A DNA stretch of 52,534 bases from a virus (Duplodnaviria; Caudoviricetes): the IMG/VR virus record IMGVR_UViG_3300010362_000021, positions 1 through 52,534 of that record; one strand, 5' to 3'. The translations under genes and the position numbers were made by a program. Below are positions 27,341-36,223 of this stretch, piece by piece. Below the pieces are notes generated by a model. The model ran no database searches and was not told the DNA's origin. It was given only the letters and a program-made list of their open reading frames with translations. Positions within the stretch are counted from its first letter, which is position 1; the number at the start of each line of letters is the position of its first letter.

Positions 27341-28552
27341 CTACACCACCGGCTGCGCCGCCTCCGCCAGCACCTGCGCCAAGTCGCCCGCGGGCGCCGC
27401 GACGTTGGCCCCACTGGCCCCGACCGGCTGCGCCGCGGGGGTTGCCCCCGGGGCAGGCAGGCTCGCCTGTCGGGCCGCGCTGAAGGCGGCTGCCGCCGCG
27501 AGGTCCACCTCGAAGTTCGCGCCCTTGGCGTAGCGGGCCGTCTCCTTCGATCCCGGGGCGTGGCCGAGGAACCGTCCCACCGTCGCCAGATCCCGCCGCA
27601 GCCGGTACATCTCGCTGCCGAAGGAGTGCCGCAGGTCGTAGAGGTGGACGGTCGTGGGATCGACGCCCGCGCGTTTCGCCGCCCGCTTGAAGCAGCTGTT
27701 GACGCCGTCGACCGAGTACTTGCCGTACGCGTTCGCCGCGTGAAACGCCTCGAAGGCCTGCCGCCCTTCTGCCGTCAGCGGCACGAGGCGCGCTGCGGTG
27801 CCGCGACCCTTCTTGCGCCCGGGCATCCGATACGCTGCGCCCTCCTTGGTGAGGCGCAGGTCGGCGGGCACGATCACCTTCAGCAGCCCGGGCGGGATCC
27901 CCGTGTGCGCGAGCACCGCGCAGCGGATCGGCGCCAGACTCAACTTGGGCGCCTCGCCGCGTTTCCGGGGCTGGCAGTGCGTCGGCATCACCTTGAGGAT
28001 CGTGCCGATGACTGCGTAGTCGATCCAGCGGGCTTCCGGTTCCGGTTCGGGCGGGCGCGGCACAGCCTTCACCGGATTGAGCACCTTGCTGCCGTCGAGA
28101 AATTGAAAAAGCGACTGGAGGGCTGTGCGGCGTTTGCGGAGCGATCCGCCCGCGAGCGGGCCTTTGCCTCGCCGCCCGATGCGCCCGTTCACTTTCCACT
28201 CCTGCAGAATCAGATTGATTTCGTCGGTCTTGATCGTGCGGCGGGCGCGATCCCGACCGAGGGCCTCGGCCCAGAGTTCGAGCTGCGCAGCGCGCTGCTT
28301 GATCGTCGGCATCGTCGCGTTCTGCGCGAGGTAGCGTTGGATGTCGGCAGCGAAGGATCCGGAGGCGGGCACCTGCCCCTCATGCTTCTCCCGCATTTCC
28401 TCGCGCCACGTTTGGATGATGCGGCGTTCTTCGGCGGTGAGGGGATTCCCGAAATGGTACTGCTTGGTGTATCGCTTCTTGTCGACGTCCACGTAGGCTT
28501 CCCAGCCATCGTTCTTGCGGCGGGCGCCTGTCATCTTTGCGGTGCGTGCCAT
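27341..28552 (-). CDS. int: Tyrosine recombinase/integrase (divergent box I)
   Basis: LYDLRHSFG, LGH, TARY; core-binding domain ending in NP; box I reads TGIPPGLL instead of TGxRxxEL. Confidence 0.88.
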   Translation of the reverse strand: MARTAKMTGARRKNDGWEAYVDVDKKRYTKQYHFGNPLTAEERRIIQTWREEMREKHEGQVPASGSFAADIQRYLAQNATMPTIKQRAAQLELWAEALGRDRARRTIKTDEINLILQEWKVNGRIGRRGKGPLAGGSLRKRRTALQSLFQFLDGSKVLNPVKAVPRPPEPEPEARWIDYAVIGTILKVMPTHCQPRKRGEAPKLSLAPIRCAVLAHTGIPPGLLKVIVPADLRLTKEGAAYRMPGRKKGRGTAARLVPLTAEGRQAFEAFHAANAYGKYSVDGVNSCFKRAAKRAGVDPTTVHLYDLRHSFGSEMYRLRRDLATVGRFLGHAPGSKETARYAKGANFEVDLAAAAAFSAARQASLPAPGATPAAQPVGASGANVAAPAGDLAQVLAEAAQPVV

Positions 28553-28627
28553 GTTGCTTCTCCTCGCCCATGCGGGCGGACCTTGGGGTTACGAAAACGA
28601 ATCGAATCGCGCGGGGTGTGTTTGGGG

Positions 28628-29131
28628 TTACTCCTCCTTATCGTGAAGCGGGACGCCGACTTTACTCAGCCGTGCGCGAATTTTCGCGTCCACCGCTGCC
28701 GCGTGCGGGTGCGCCACGCGGAACATCGGCGCTTCCGCCGTGGTCCCTTGTATGTAGCTGATGACTACATCGTCATAGCTGGGCTGCGCAACACGATTCG
28801 TGATGCGGATCTTGGTGATCGAGAGCAGCGGAATTTCAAAAATTTTTCCCCCGCCCAGGAGAGCGAACGGTGGCTGCGGCGGTGATGTCAGCGCGCAGTT
28901 TTTCAGCGTGCACGCGTGTAGCGCGAAGGTGGTATCGGTGAGCACGAGCACGCCAAGGATAAAGTTCGGCTGCGCGGCATCACCGCCCTCGTAGGCGACA
29001 GGCGCGAACGCTTCCCAGCCCGCGCCCACGTACATCATCGAGTTCGTCATCTGCTGTTGCTGGGCCGTCACGGGCGTGATGAGCAGCACGGTGGCGGCAG
29101 CCGCGGTGCAGAGGCGTCGTTTCAGGGTCAT
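28628..29131 (-). CDS. Secreted/periplasmic hypothetical protein
   Basis: Signal peptide MTLKRRLCTAAAATVLLITPVTA-Q. Confidence 0.65.
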   Translation of the reverse strand: MTLKRRLCTAAAATVLLITPVTAQQQQMTNSMMYVGAGWEAFAPVAYEGGDAAQPNFILGVLVLTDTTFALHACTLKNCALTSPPQPPFALLGGGKIFEIPLLSITKIRITNRVAQPSYDDVVISYIQGTTAEAPMFRVAHPHAAAVDAKIRARLSKVGVPLHDKEE

Positions 29132-29493
29132 TGAGTCTTCTCCATCTTGGCCATGCGTTTGTTGTCCTTCTCAATCGCCGCGCGGCGGTCGCGGTAATCG
29201 ATCTCGTGTTGAATGCGGGCCTGCGCGAACACGTATGGTTCCCGGTCCCGGGCGCGGTGGGAGCTGCCGTTTTCCTCGATCCAGTACGTCAACGCGTCGT
29301 TGAGGGCGTCGAGTTCGGGCCGCGTGAATTTCAGCCCGCCCATCACCGCGGCGGCGAGTTTGAGGGCCAGCTGTCGGAACGTCTCGTTGTGATCGTCCGC
29401 CTGTGCGTTATCGTAGGGGGCGGCGTTGAGGTCGTTCAGCTGCCGCGCCAGCAGGACGGCATCGCCCGTCGGGATCGGTTGCTTGCCTCCCAT
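29128..29493 (-). CDS. Hypothetical protein
   Basis: GGAGGTG RBS, coupled start/stop. Confidence 0.65.
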   Translation of the reverse strand: MGGKQPIPTGDAVLLARQLNDLNAAPYDNAQADDHNETFRQLALKLAAAVMGGLKFTRPELDALNDALTYWIEENGSSHRARDREPYVFAQARIQHEIDYRDRRAAIEKDNKRMAKMEKTQ

Positions 29494-29705
29494 CACCGCA
29501 CCTCCTTCGTGCGCACATCGAGTTCGCGGATGGCGTCCTCGCGCGACTCGGTGACGTGGATCGTTTCAGGCTTGCGGCCCGAGGTGATCCAGACCCCGTA
29601 GCGGCCCAACGTAAACTCGCCGTCCTGCCCTTGGACGAGCAGGTCTTCGCCGAGGTCGGTCACGAAGCCTGCTGGCGTCTGGTAGATGACCGTGAGGGTC
29701 GGCAT
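29493..29705 (-). CDS. Hypothetical protein
   Basis: GGAGGTG RBS, TGATG coupling (MPTLTVIYQ). Confidence 0.6.
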   Translation of the reverse strand: MPTLTVIYQTPAGFVTDLGEDLLVQGQDGEFTLGRYGVWITSGRKPETIHVTESREDAIRELDVRTKEVR

Positions 29706-29905
29706 CACTGCACCTCCAAACAAAACTCGCAGGCGTTGCAGGCGAAGAAGGGCCGGGGTTCCATGCGCAGTTCCGGCTCCGCCGTGCGCAGCGACATCCC
29801 GGGCAGGTAGAAATGCCCGACGAGGCCGTCCTCGATCAGGCTGAGCGTGCCCCGCTTGCACTGCGGGCACCGGGGCGCGACGGGCTCCAGCTGTTTCGTC
29901 TTCAT
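29705..29905 (-). CDS. Zn-ribbon hypothetical protein
   Basis: CPQC...CNAC; GGAGGTG RBS. Confidence 0.6.
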   Translation of the reverse strand: MKTKQLEPVAPRCPQCKRGTLSLIEDGLVGHFYLPGMSLRTAEPELRMEPRPFFACNACEFCLEVQ

Positions 29906-30405
29906 GCGTTCACCTCCTCCCAAATCCATGCCCACGCGCCGATGGCGTAGACCTTCTTCGGGCCTTCCGCGGTCTCGATGATTTCGCCTTCGTACCGCTG
30001 CTCCTCGTCGTTTTGCCAGTGCACGATCACGGTATCCGTCTCCGGATCGAAGCGGGCCGTGCCGACCGGGGGTTCGTTGTTGAACACGATCACCTCCAGC
30101 GCGGCGGAGAATTCGAACCGCGGGCAGGCCCAGCCATTCCAGTGCTCGCCGCGGGTCCACCCCCAGATGCCGCCGCCATACAAACCTTCGATGTCGAATT
30201 GGCGACGCACCCAATGCGTCGGCTGCTGGTCGTTCAGGCACTGGCCCTCGCGCCCGCAATACCGCACCTCGCCACAGATCGGGCACTCGCGGAGCGTGCC
30301 GCCGCAGGGCACGTTGTGTTCGATGCGCGGGTGGTCAGGCGTGGTGGTGCGATCCCAAATCTTCCGCGTCGGATACATCGTCGGGCAGGGCGGTCGCGGA
30401 TTCAT
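29902..30405 (-). CDS. Hypothetical protein
   Basis: CPIC N-terminus; GEHWNGWACPRF...YAIGAWAWIWEE. Confidence 0.7.
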   Translation of the reverse strand: MNPRPPCPTMYPTRKIWDRTTTPDHPRIEHNVPCGGTLRECPICGEVRYCGREGQCLNDQQPTHWVRRQFDIEGLYGGGIWGWTRGEHWNGWACPRFEFSAALEVIVFNNEPPVGTARFDPETDTVIVHWQNDEEQRYEGEIIETAEGPKKVYAIGAWAWIWEEVNA

Positions 30406-30659
30406 CGCGCACCTCCCAGCTGCTGAATCGCGCGGCGGATCGTGAGCAGGTCACGCTCGTGTTCGCGCACGCCTGCCGCGCCCGTCTCTTCGGGCGGGGC
30501 GTAGAGGTTGGCGTACTGGAGGCCCAGCTGCAGGGCCTTCAGGATGTTCGTCGGGCGCCCGCCCCGGGCCCCGTTGGTACGCGCGGCCTCAACCTTCGCC
30601 GTGCTGGTCGCCTTGCCGCCGATGCGACCCATCTCCACCGCGTTCAGAACCGTCTTCAT
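30402..30659 (-). CDS. Small basic protein with GxxGG...AARxNGxxGGRP motif
   Basis: MGRIGGKATSTAKVEAARTNGARGGRP; GGAGGT RBS. Confidence 0.65.
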   Translation of the reverse strand: MKTVLNAVEMGRIGGKATSTAKVEAARTNGARGGRPTNILKALQLGLQYANLYAPPEETGAAGVREHERDLLTIRRAIQQLGGAR

Positions 30660-30904
30660 CGCTGTACCTCCTGCGTCCGTTTCTCTCGGGGAAATCCGAA
30701 TATGCGGACTTCCCAATGACCCTCCGCCGTTTCGTGAGCCTCTTCCGGTACAACGAGGCCGACGATGATCGCGCCATCCGCGATGGCGCCCGCCTCGATT
30801 TCGCTGCTGACCTGAATCGTCAGGCCTCGATCCCGCGTGCGCACCGTCGCGTCGGTGAAGGCGCGGGCGATGTCCTCCGCGAATGCTGCTCGCGTGGGTT
30901 TCAT
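30656..30904 (-). CDS. Hypothetical protein
   Basis: GGAGGTG RBS, coupled. Confidence 0.55.
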   Translation of the reverse strand: MKPTRAAFAEDIARAFTDATVRTRDRGLTIQVSSEIEAGAIADGAIIVGLVVPEEAHETAEGHWEVRIFGFPREKRTQEVQR

Positions 30905-31206
30905 CACCGCACCTCCATCGCGTCGTCATCGTCATCGTCGTCGTCACCGGGGTCTTCCGACCACCCGAGGGCGACGCCTGCGGCGGTCGGCAGGTAGCCG
31001 ATCTGGTTGCCCTCGCCGATGTAGATCACCGAGGGCGCATCCGGATTGCGTTTCTGTTCCCGCGCGGTCGGCTCGACCATCTCGACGTTCGCAATCGAGT
31101 GTTCGAAGGCCCAGCGGGGTTGAATCGCGAGGCGCACTTCGGTCGTTGTCGGATCGCAGTCGTCGGCGAGGTCTTGCAGCTGGTCGATCAAATCCTGAAG
31201 GGTCAT
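30904..31206 (-). CDS. Acidic hypothetical protein
   Basis: MTLQDLIDQL..EVRLAIQPRWAFEHSI..IYIGEGNQIGYLP; AGGAG RBS. Confidence 0.7.
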   Translation of the reverse strand: MTLQDLIDQLQDLADDCDPTTTEVRLAIQPRWAFEHSIANVEMVEPTAREQKRNPDAPSVIYIGEGNQIGYLPTAAGVALGWSEDPGDDDDDDDDAMEVR

Positions 31207-31218
31207 CGTTGGCTCCTT

Positions 31219-31638
31219 TTAGTTGTCGTCGTCGCGATCTGGAATCGAAATCAGGACCGTCGTGCCGTCGCCCCGATCTACGCGGGAATATTTCGAGAGG
31301 CGTTTCGCTTCCTCGAACCCGACCCACTTGCCGCGGTCGTTGAGGCCGCGCGCCGCCAGTTCTTCGCGGGCGACTCGGTTCAGGTTCACCTCGCCCCGCG
31401 CCGCCGCGGCGAGCACATCGGTCGGCATCGTCTGTAGCCACTCGGTCACTTTGTCCGCGAAGGCCTTCTGCTCGGCGAGGCTGCCCGTGTAGGTCTTCCC
31501 GTCGTGCGCGACGTAGTCGGGGCCGTACCATCCGGCATCGCGTTTCCGGGTGCTGGCGGTCTTGGCGAGGATGCGGTTCGCGTCGAGGCCCAGCCTCATC
31601 GCCTCGGTGATCGTGGGGTTCTTCTTGGTGCGTTTCAT
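31219..31638 (-). CDS. Hypothetical protein
   Basis: AARGEVNLNRVAREELAARGL...WVGF; AGGAG RBS. Confidence 0.7.
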   Translation of the reverse strand: MKRTKKNPTITEAMRLGLDANRILAKTASTRKRDAGWYGPDYVAHDGKTYTGSLAEQKAFADKVTEWLQTMPTDVLAAAARGEVNLNRVAREELAARGLNDRGKWVGFEEAKRLSKYSRVDRGDGTTVLISIPDRDDDN

Positions 31639-31681
31639 TCGGCCTGCTCCTTGGGGGCCCTACCGGGGCCCAACGAGCACC

Positions 31682-31710
31682 ACTGTATAACCGAATCGCT
31701 TGGGTTACAA
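31682..31710 (-). promoter_or_regulatory. Sigma70-like promoter TTGTAA-N17-TACAGT
   Basis: Intergenic, 17-bp spacer, upstream of the 31638 operon that runs toward the integrase. Confidence 0.6.
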
Positions 31711-31734
31711 GGCCCGGAACCCGGCCAGATTCCG

Positions 31735-31968
31735 CTAATTTATTGAGGAATTAGGGGTGCGGCCCGGGGTAATTTCCTCGAAACCTAAGCGTGGCAGGTC
31801 GGCGCCGCGGAGCCCGTGGAGGGCGAGGTAGTGCCGCTGGACGAGCCACGTCCGCCCGTTGATCGTGACCTCCATGTGCGAGCCCAAGACCGCGACGATC
31901 ATCTCGACCCACCGCTGAACGATGGGATCGCTGTAGTGCAACGGGCGCCCGCAGTGGCAGCGTTCCAT
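31735..31968 (-). CDS. Hypothetical protein
   Basis: CHCGRPLHY; abuts the upstream gene. Confidence 0.6.
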   Translation of the reverse strand: MERCHCGRPLHYSDPIVQRWVEMIVAVLGSHMEVTINGRTWLVQRHYLALHGLRGADLPRLGFEEITPGRTPNSSIN

Positions 31969-32211
31969 TCAATAGTCTCCGACACGACTGGTCGGGGCGT
32001 TGATGTAGCCGCGCACGAACCCGTCGATGTACGCCGCGACGACTTCGTGGCGGGCTGTGATGAGTACGGTCTCGGGATCCTCCGACCAGCACACCGTGAA
32101 TTTGTGCGTCTCGTTGTCGTAGCCGACCGCGATGGGGGCAGGCATCGCCCGCTCGCGGAGACGGAGCAGACTCGTCCGACGGTTGTGGATGGTCTGTCGG
32201 CTCGGTGCCAT
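31969..32211 (-). CDS. Hypothetical protein
   Basis: TGATG coupling in the leftward operon. Confidence 0.55.
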   Translation of the reverse strand: MAPSRQTIHNRRTSLLRLRERAMPAPIAVGYDNETHKFTVCWSEDPETVLITARHEVVAAYIDGFVRGYINAPTSRVGDY

Positions 32212-32516
32212 CAGAAGAACCGGCTCACGAATTCGAGCGTGTTCAGATCGCTTTGCGAGAGCCGATACGTTTCATTCGGCACGAGGTGGTCGGCGATGAC
32301 CGCGAACAGCGCCGCGTTCTGTCGATGGCGTTGCAGCGATCCTTCCAGGCTGTGGATCGGATCGTTCGAGATGCTCTCGGGACGCAGCCCGCCGCCGCGC
32401 AGCGATTCGATTTGATTCGCGTACCACTCGGCTTTCATTTCGTGGAACGCGCGGCGGTCGTCCACGTGCTGCCGCAGCTGGTCGGTGGTGAAGTCCAGTT
32501 GGATGCCGATGATCAT
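32211..32516 (-). CDS. Hypothetical protein
   Basis: MIIGIQLDF start, ATGA coupling. Confidence 0.6.
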   Translation of the reverse strand: MIIGIQLDFTTDQLRQHVDDRRAFHEMKAEWYANQIESLRGGGLRPESISNDPIHSLEGSLQRHRQNAALFAVIADHLVPNETYRLSQSDLNTLEFVSRFF

Positions 32517-32752
32517 GGTTGATTCCCTACGTGTTCGAAGACCGCGATAATTGTTTCGTTCATTTCGTCGGGCCGCGGCATCAGGCGGTGTAGTTGAAAG
32601 GTCACAAGACGATAACCACGTTGGCGGTTCACCTCGATCACCTCTTGAAATTGCACTGCCAGAATCGGCGTGCTCGGGTCGAATGGTTCGCCATCGATCC
32701 ATGACTTCGATATTTCAGCGACGATAAACTGCAGCGGTCGCAGCGGATTCAT
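32513..32752 (-). CDS. Hypothetical protein
   Basis: MNPLRPLQFIVAEISKSW; AAGGA RBS, ATGA coupling. Confidence 0.6.
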   Translation of the reverse strand: MNPLRPLQFIVAEISKSWIDGEPFDPSTPILAVQFQEVIEVNRQRGYRLVTFQLHRLMPRPDEMNETIIAVFEHVGNQP

Positions 32753-32976
32753 CGCGCTTCGTTCCTTTGCACGCCGATACTGTCCAACAGACACGCCAGA
32801 TGAAAGCTGCAGGCCCCTGCGGTCACGTCGCCGACGAGTGGCATCGTGACGCCGTAGTCGCCATCGCGGATTGGCAGGTCGCAGTGCACGCAGGTTTCGC
32901 CGATGGGAATCTCGCAGCGGGGCGCGGTCTCGCAGACCGGCGCCCCCCACGACTGCGGCCCGAACCAATTGATCAC
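32749..32976 (-). CDS. Small Cys/His protein
   Basis: CVHC...HLAC; GTGA coupling. Confidence 0.6.
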   Translation of the reverse strand: MINWFGPQSWGAPVCETAPRCEIPIGETCVHCDLPIRDGDYGVTMPLVGDVTAGACSFHLACLLDSIGVQRNEAR

Positions 32977-33233
32977 GATGGGACGTCCTCTTTTTCGGCC
33001 TGCCGATAGATGGTCCCCGTCAAGACCCCAAGGTGGTAGTACAGCAGACCGCGCGGGGTGCGTTCGGCGCGGTCGAGGTCGCCGTAGTATCGGCGAATCT
33101 TAAAAGCGGTCTGGACCGGATCCGTCGTGAACATGATGTCGCGCAGCAGCGCGGCGTCGTGCGGGGCCATCCCGGCGATCAGATTCTCCAATATCACGAG
33201 CCCGTCATCGATTGTCCCGTGTGGTCGCGTCAT
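32973..33233 (-). CDS. Hypothetical protein
   Basis: ATGA coupling. Confidence 0.55.
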   Translation of the reverse strand: MTRPHGTIDDGLVILENLIAGMAPHDAALLRDIMFTTDPVQTAFKIRRYYGDLDRAERTPRGLLYYHLGVLTGTIYRQAEKEDVPS

Positions 33234-33589
33234 TTCGATTCCTGACGTTCGGCCTTGAGTCGGACCAATTCCCGCGCCACTTCTTCGAGCGGAACACCGT
33301 CATATTCCGGGCCGAGGATTTGCCCCAACCGCAAACTCAGATCGAAGCGTTGGCTCAGATCAACGGCGCGCGAGACGAGGTCGTAGCTCGCGTGGCGAGT
33401 CTCGCGGTCAGTGAGATAGGCGAGTGCTTGCGCCTGCTCCGTTTCATCGTGGCAGAGAATCAGGACCGCCGGCCGACTCTCTTCCGGGGATGCAAATTGC
33501 CGCGCGTGCCAATTCTCGTATCCGAAGTCGCGGTCACTGAGATACGCGCGCACCTTCACGAATCGATCTTGCTGGCTGGGGGCCTTCAT
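33230..33589 (-). CDS. Hypothetical protein
   Basis: Packed leftward ORF, 119 aa. Confidence 0.55.
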   Translation of the reverse strand: MKAPSQQDRFVKVRAYLSDRDFGYENWHARQFASPEESRPAVLILCHDETEQAQALAYLTDRETRHASYDLVSRAVDLSQRFDLSLRLGQILGPEYDGVPLEEVARELVRLKAERQESK

Positions 33590-33590
33590 C

Positions 33591-33791
33591 TCAGTACCAT
33601 TCCGATCCGAGGATCAATTTCGCCAACTTCTTGCCCTTCATCTCAGCTTCATCGGCCAGCAGTGCCCTCGTCGTGCGACTGAGTCGTGTCTTGATGGCGA
33701 GCAGCTGCTTATTTTTCAGAGCCAGCAGCTGGCGGGCCATCCGAATCTCGCGGGCTCGCTGCCTCATTGACGGGATTGGTGTCATCTCCAT
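33591..33791 (-). CDS. Small basic helical protein
   Basis: GGAGG RBS. Confidence 0.55.
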   Translation of the reverse strand: MEMTPIPSMRQRAREIRMARQLLALKNKQLLAIKTRLSRTTRALLADEAEMKGKKLAKLILGSEWY

Positions 33792-33904
33792 CTTTCCCTC
33801 CTGTGTGCGTGTGACGAGATGGCGGCGGATACGTGATCCGGGTGCGCGGGTCCGTCCACGGGATGCCGAAGTCGTGACAAACCTGCCGCGCGACGTCGTA
33901 CAGA

Positions 33905-34246
33905 TCAGTGGCGCGTTTTCGTGTCGTCATCGTCGTCGGTGATGGATCCGCCGATGTGGAGTTCCTGCGCGGCCCGCAGTTTCTCCAGCATCGTCTGTTT
34001 GAATTCCAAATCGGTGCGAATCGATTCGAAGACCCGAGCCCGATACTGATCCGCCCATGCGACGGCCCACGCGGTCAGCAGGACTAACAGCAACGGCAAC
34101 ATTTGCGTCCCGGCCGCGTGCCAATCGTTACGTTTCAAATCGAGGCGGATGGCCCAGACGTTGATCCCGATGCCCGTGGCGATAGTCAGCTGCGCGATCC
34201 AGAACAGCGGGCGCGCGATCCACTGGTTGAATGTCGCCGCGGTCAT
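33905..34246 (-). CDS. Two-TM membrane protein
   Basis: Two hydrophobic segments and a charged C-terminus. Confidence 0.6.
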   Translation of the reverse strand: MTAATFNQWIARPLFWIAQLTIATGIGINVWAIRLDLKRNDWHAAGTQMLPLLLVLLTAWAVAWADQYRARVFESIRTDLEFKQTMLEKLRAAQELHIGGSITDDDDDTKTRH

Positions 34247-34524
34247 CAGCGGTGTCCCTTCCGCCTGGACGGCGGAATCGGATCGCAGTACACGACGTCG
34301 CTGATTTCGGGAATGCGCTCGATGAATTCATTCACGATCTGCAGCACCGCCGCGCGGTCCTCCGGACTCTCGGGCAGCTTGGCGACCGCCAGCAGTTCCG
34401 GAATCGAGATGTGGAGCTGGCCGTGACGGTCAACCCAGAACCCCGGAGCGAGCCGACGACCATCGCGCCGATAGCGTTCGTCAAAGTCCTCTTCGGTCAC
34501 GTATTCGTGGCGCACACGTGGCAT
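34246..34524 (-). CDS. Hypothetical protein
   Basis: GAGG RBS; TGATG coupling. Confidence 0.6.
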   Translation of the reverse strand: MPRVRHEYVTEEDFDERYRRDGRRLAPGFWVDRHGQLHISIPELLAVAKLPESPEDRAAVLQIVNEFIERIPEISDVVYCDPIPPSRRKGHR

Positions 34525-34533
34525 GGCCTGACC

Positions 34534-34839
34534 TCAATTCCGGCGTTGGCTGCTCAGCGCTTCGAGGATGCTGCGGTGCGTGACCGTCACGCCGTCGACC
34601 TGCCCATCGGCGACGTGCCGCTCGAAGCAGGTCCAGCACACATAGCGCGGGGCGCTGACGTTCGGCCGATGGTACACGGCTCGTCCACAGTCCCCGCACG
34701 TGGTGTACACGTTGTCGGTGAAAGGCGACGAAGCCTCGGCGTCCGCGCACACGAGCACCTCGACATCGCTGGGCGCGGTCGGCACGATGGTCACCGGCAG
34801 ATCATCGACGGTCTTCTGTTTGCGGCGGCGGCGGGCCAT
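34534..34839 (-). CDS. Zn-finger-like hypothetical protein
   Basis: CGDC...CWTC; AGGAGG RBS. Confidence 0.6.
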   Translation of the reverse strand: MARRRRKQKTVDDLPVTIVPTAPSDVEVLVCADAEASSPFTDNVYTTCGDCGRAVYHRPNVSAPRYVCWTCFERHVADGQVDGVTVTHRSILEALSSQRRN

Positions 34840-34853
34840 TGACGATCCTCCTT

Positions 34854-35090
34854 TTAGCCTCGGCGTTTTTTCTTCGCATTGCTCCACACCAGCTGGGGCT
34901 TCGCCTGCAGCAGGTGCTGTCGTTGGTCGACGGCCTGCTGGGTACGCTGGATCAGTTGCTTCCCGCAGGTGCGAATCTCGCGAAACGTCGAGCGGCGTTC
35001 CCGCCGCCCTTTGCCCCCCGGATGCTTGAGCCCGTCGAAGACTTCGAGCAGATCAATGAATTCATCGAAGAGTGCGCGCAGTTTATCCAC
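34854..35090 (-). CDS. Small basic helical protein
   Basis: AAGGA RBS before GTG. Confidence 0.5.
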   Translation of the reverse strand: MDKLRALFDEFIDLLEVFDGLKHPGGKGRRERRSTFREIRTCGKQLIQRTQQAVDQRQHLLQAKPQLVWSNAKKKRRG

Positions 35091-35188
35091 GGCAAATAAA
35101 ATCCTTTCCTTAGAAGTTTATGTAGGCCTTGTACTTACGAAGAATTCAGGAGTTTTTTTTAAGTCGGCGATGGTTGGACGATGGATTC

Positions 35189-35422
35189 TTAACTCGGATA
35201 CGGGGTGATGACGACTTCCCCCCCGTTGAGCAGGTCCACGAAGTCGGTCGGGATTTCAGAATCGTCGGGCGCGAGCACAGCCATGGCGCCCACGTAGCCG
35301 CCGAGGATCCCATCGAACATCAGCACCGCCGAATGGCCGTTCGGCGAGGCCATCGCCACCAAGGCGACCAACGTGCAACGGTCGTACGTCACCCACACGT
35401 ACTGCCCACGTTTCAACGTCAC
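35189..35422 (-). CDS. Hypothetical protein
   Basis: GGAGG RBS, GTGA coupling. Confidence 0.55.
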   Translation of the reverse strand: MTLKRGQYVWVTYDRCTLVALVAMASPNGHSAVLMFDGILGGYVGAMAVLAPDDSEIPTDFVDLLNGGEVVITPYPS

Positions 35423-35628
35423 TGTTCCTCCGCGAGAATATTGGCCACCGCGGCGTCGTGGTGGCCGCGACGGACCAATTCATCTTCCAGTAGCGCCAGC
35501 CGCACGAACACGAAATCGCCGTCGGCCCGGGCGCTGCGTAGATACATGCGATGCAGGTCGAGTACTTCCTGATCGGGGAGGGACGCGTAGAGGTCGGCGA
35601 TAGCGGTTAAATCGTGCGTGGTGTCCAT
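35419..35628 (-). CDS. Hypothetical protein
   Basis: MDTTHDL start assumed; helical. Confidence 0.5.
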   Translation of the reverse strand: MDTTHDLTAIADLYASLPDQEVLDLHRMYLRSARADGDFVFVRLALLEDELVRRGHHDAAVANILAEEQ

Positions 35629-35740
35629 CTGGTAACCCCGGCTGGGAATCGGGAACAAGAACGAACGACGAATCACGGCGCAGGGCCCGCGCGCACGGGA
35701 TGGACAGCCGCCACACGCGTGCGATGGACCCGGGCCGTGC

Positions 35741-36223
35741 TCATGCGAGGGAATACTCCTTCGCCGTGCGGATGTAGCCTTCACCCTTCTTTCGCAAGTA
35801 CCCCGAGTTCACCAGCGGGCCCAGCCCACTATTTTGCGCGGTCGCTCCGGGGGGCATCGGCCGTGGCTCGGTGCGGTCGAAGTGCGCCAGAAATTTCATC
35901 GACCGTTCCCGCCGTGCGGCAATGGAGGACTTCGAGCTGTATCCCGGTTTCACTTTCCCCGTCGTCCGGTCATAGCTGCCCCCACGAGCCTTGCGCGGGC
36001 GCCCACGACGACGGGCCACCCGTTCTGCGTCCAGCTGGATGGCCGACGCCAACAGATCCGCGCTGTGCCCGCGTTTCCGCCCCTCGGATTCCTCCTCCAG
36101 CACGGCGATGGTCGTGCTGAGGGCATCCACGATGCCTTGGTGATATTCCAACAACCGCCTGAGGCGGCGATGGATCCCGTAGGGGTTCCCGTTCAGATGT
36201 TTGCCGTTGACGTGCTTCGTCAT
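35741..36223 (-). CDS. Basic hypothetical protein with AT-hook-like RRGRPRK
   Basis: N-terminal coiled coil, RGRP core, C-terminal LVNSGYLRKKGEGY. Confidence 0.65.
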   Translation of the reverse strand: MTKHVNGKHLNGNPYGIHRRLRRLLEYHQGIVDALSTTIAVLEEESEGRKRGHSADLLASAIQLDAERVARRRGRPRKARGGSYDRTTGKVKPGYSSKSSIAARRERSMKFLAHFDRTEPRPMPPGATAQNSGLGPLVNSGYLRKKGEGYIRTAKEYSLA

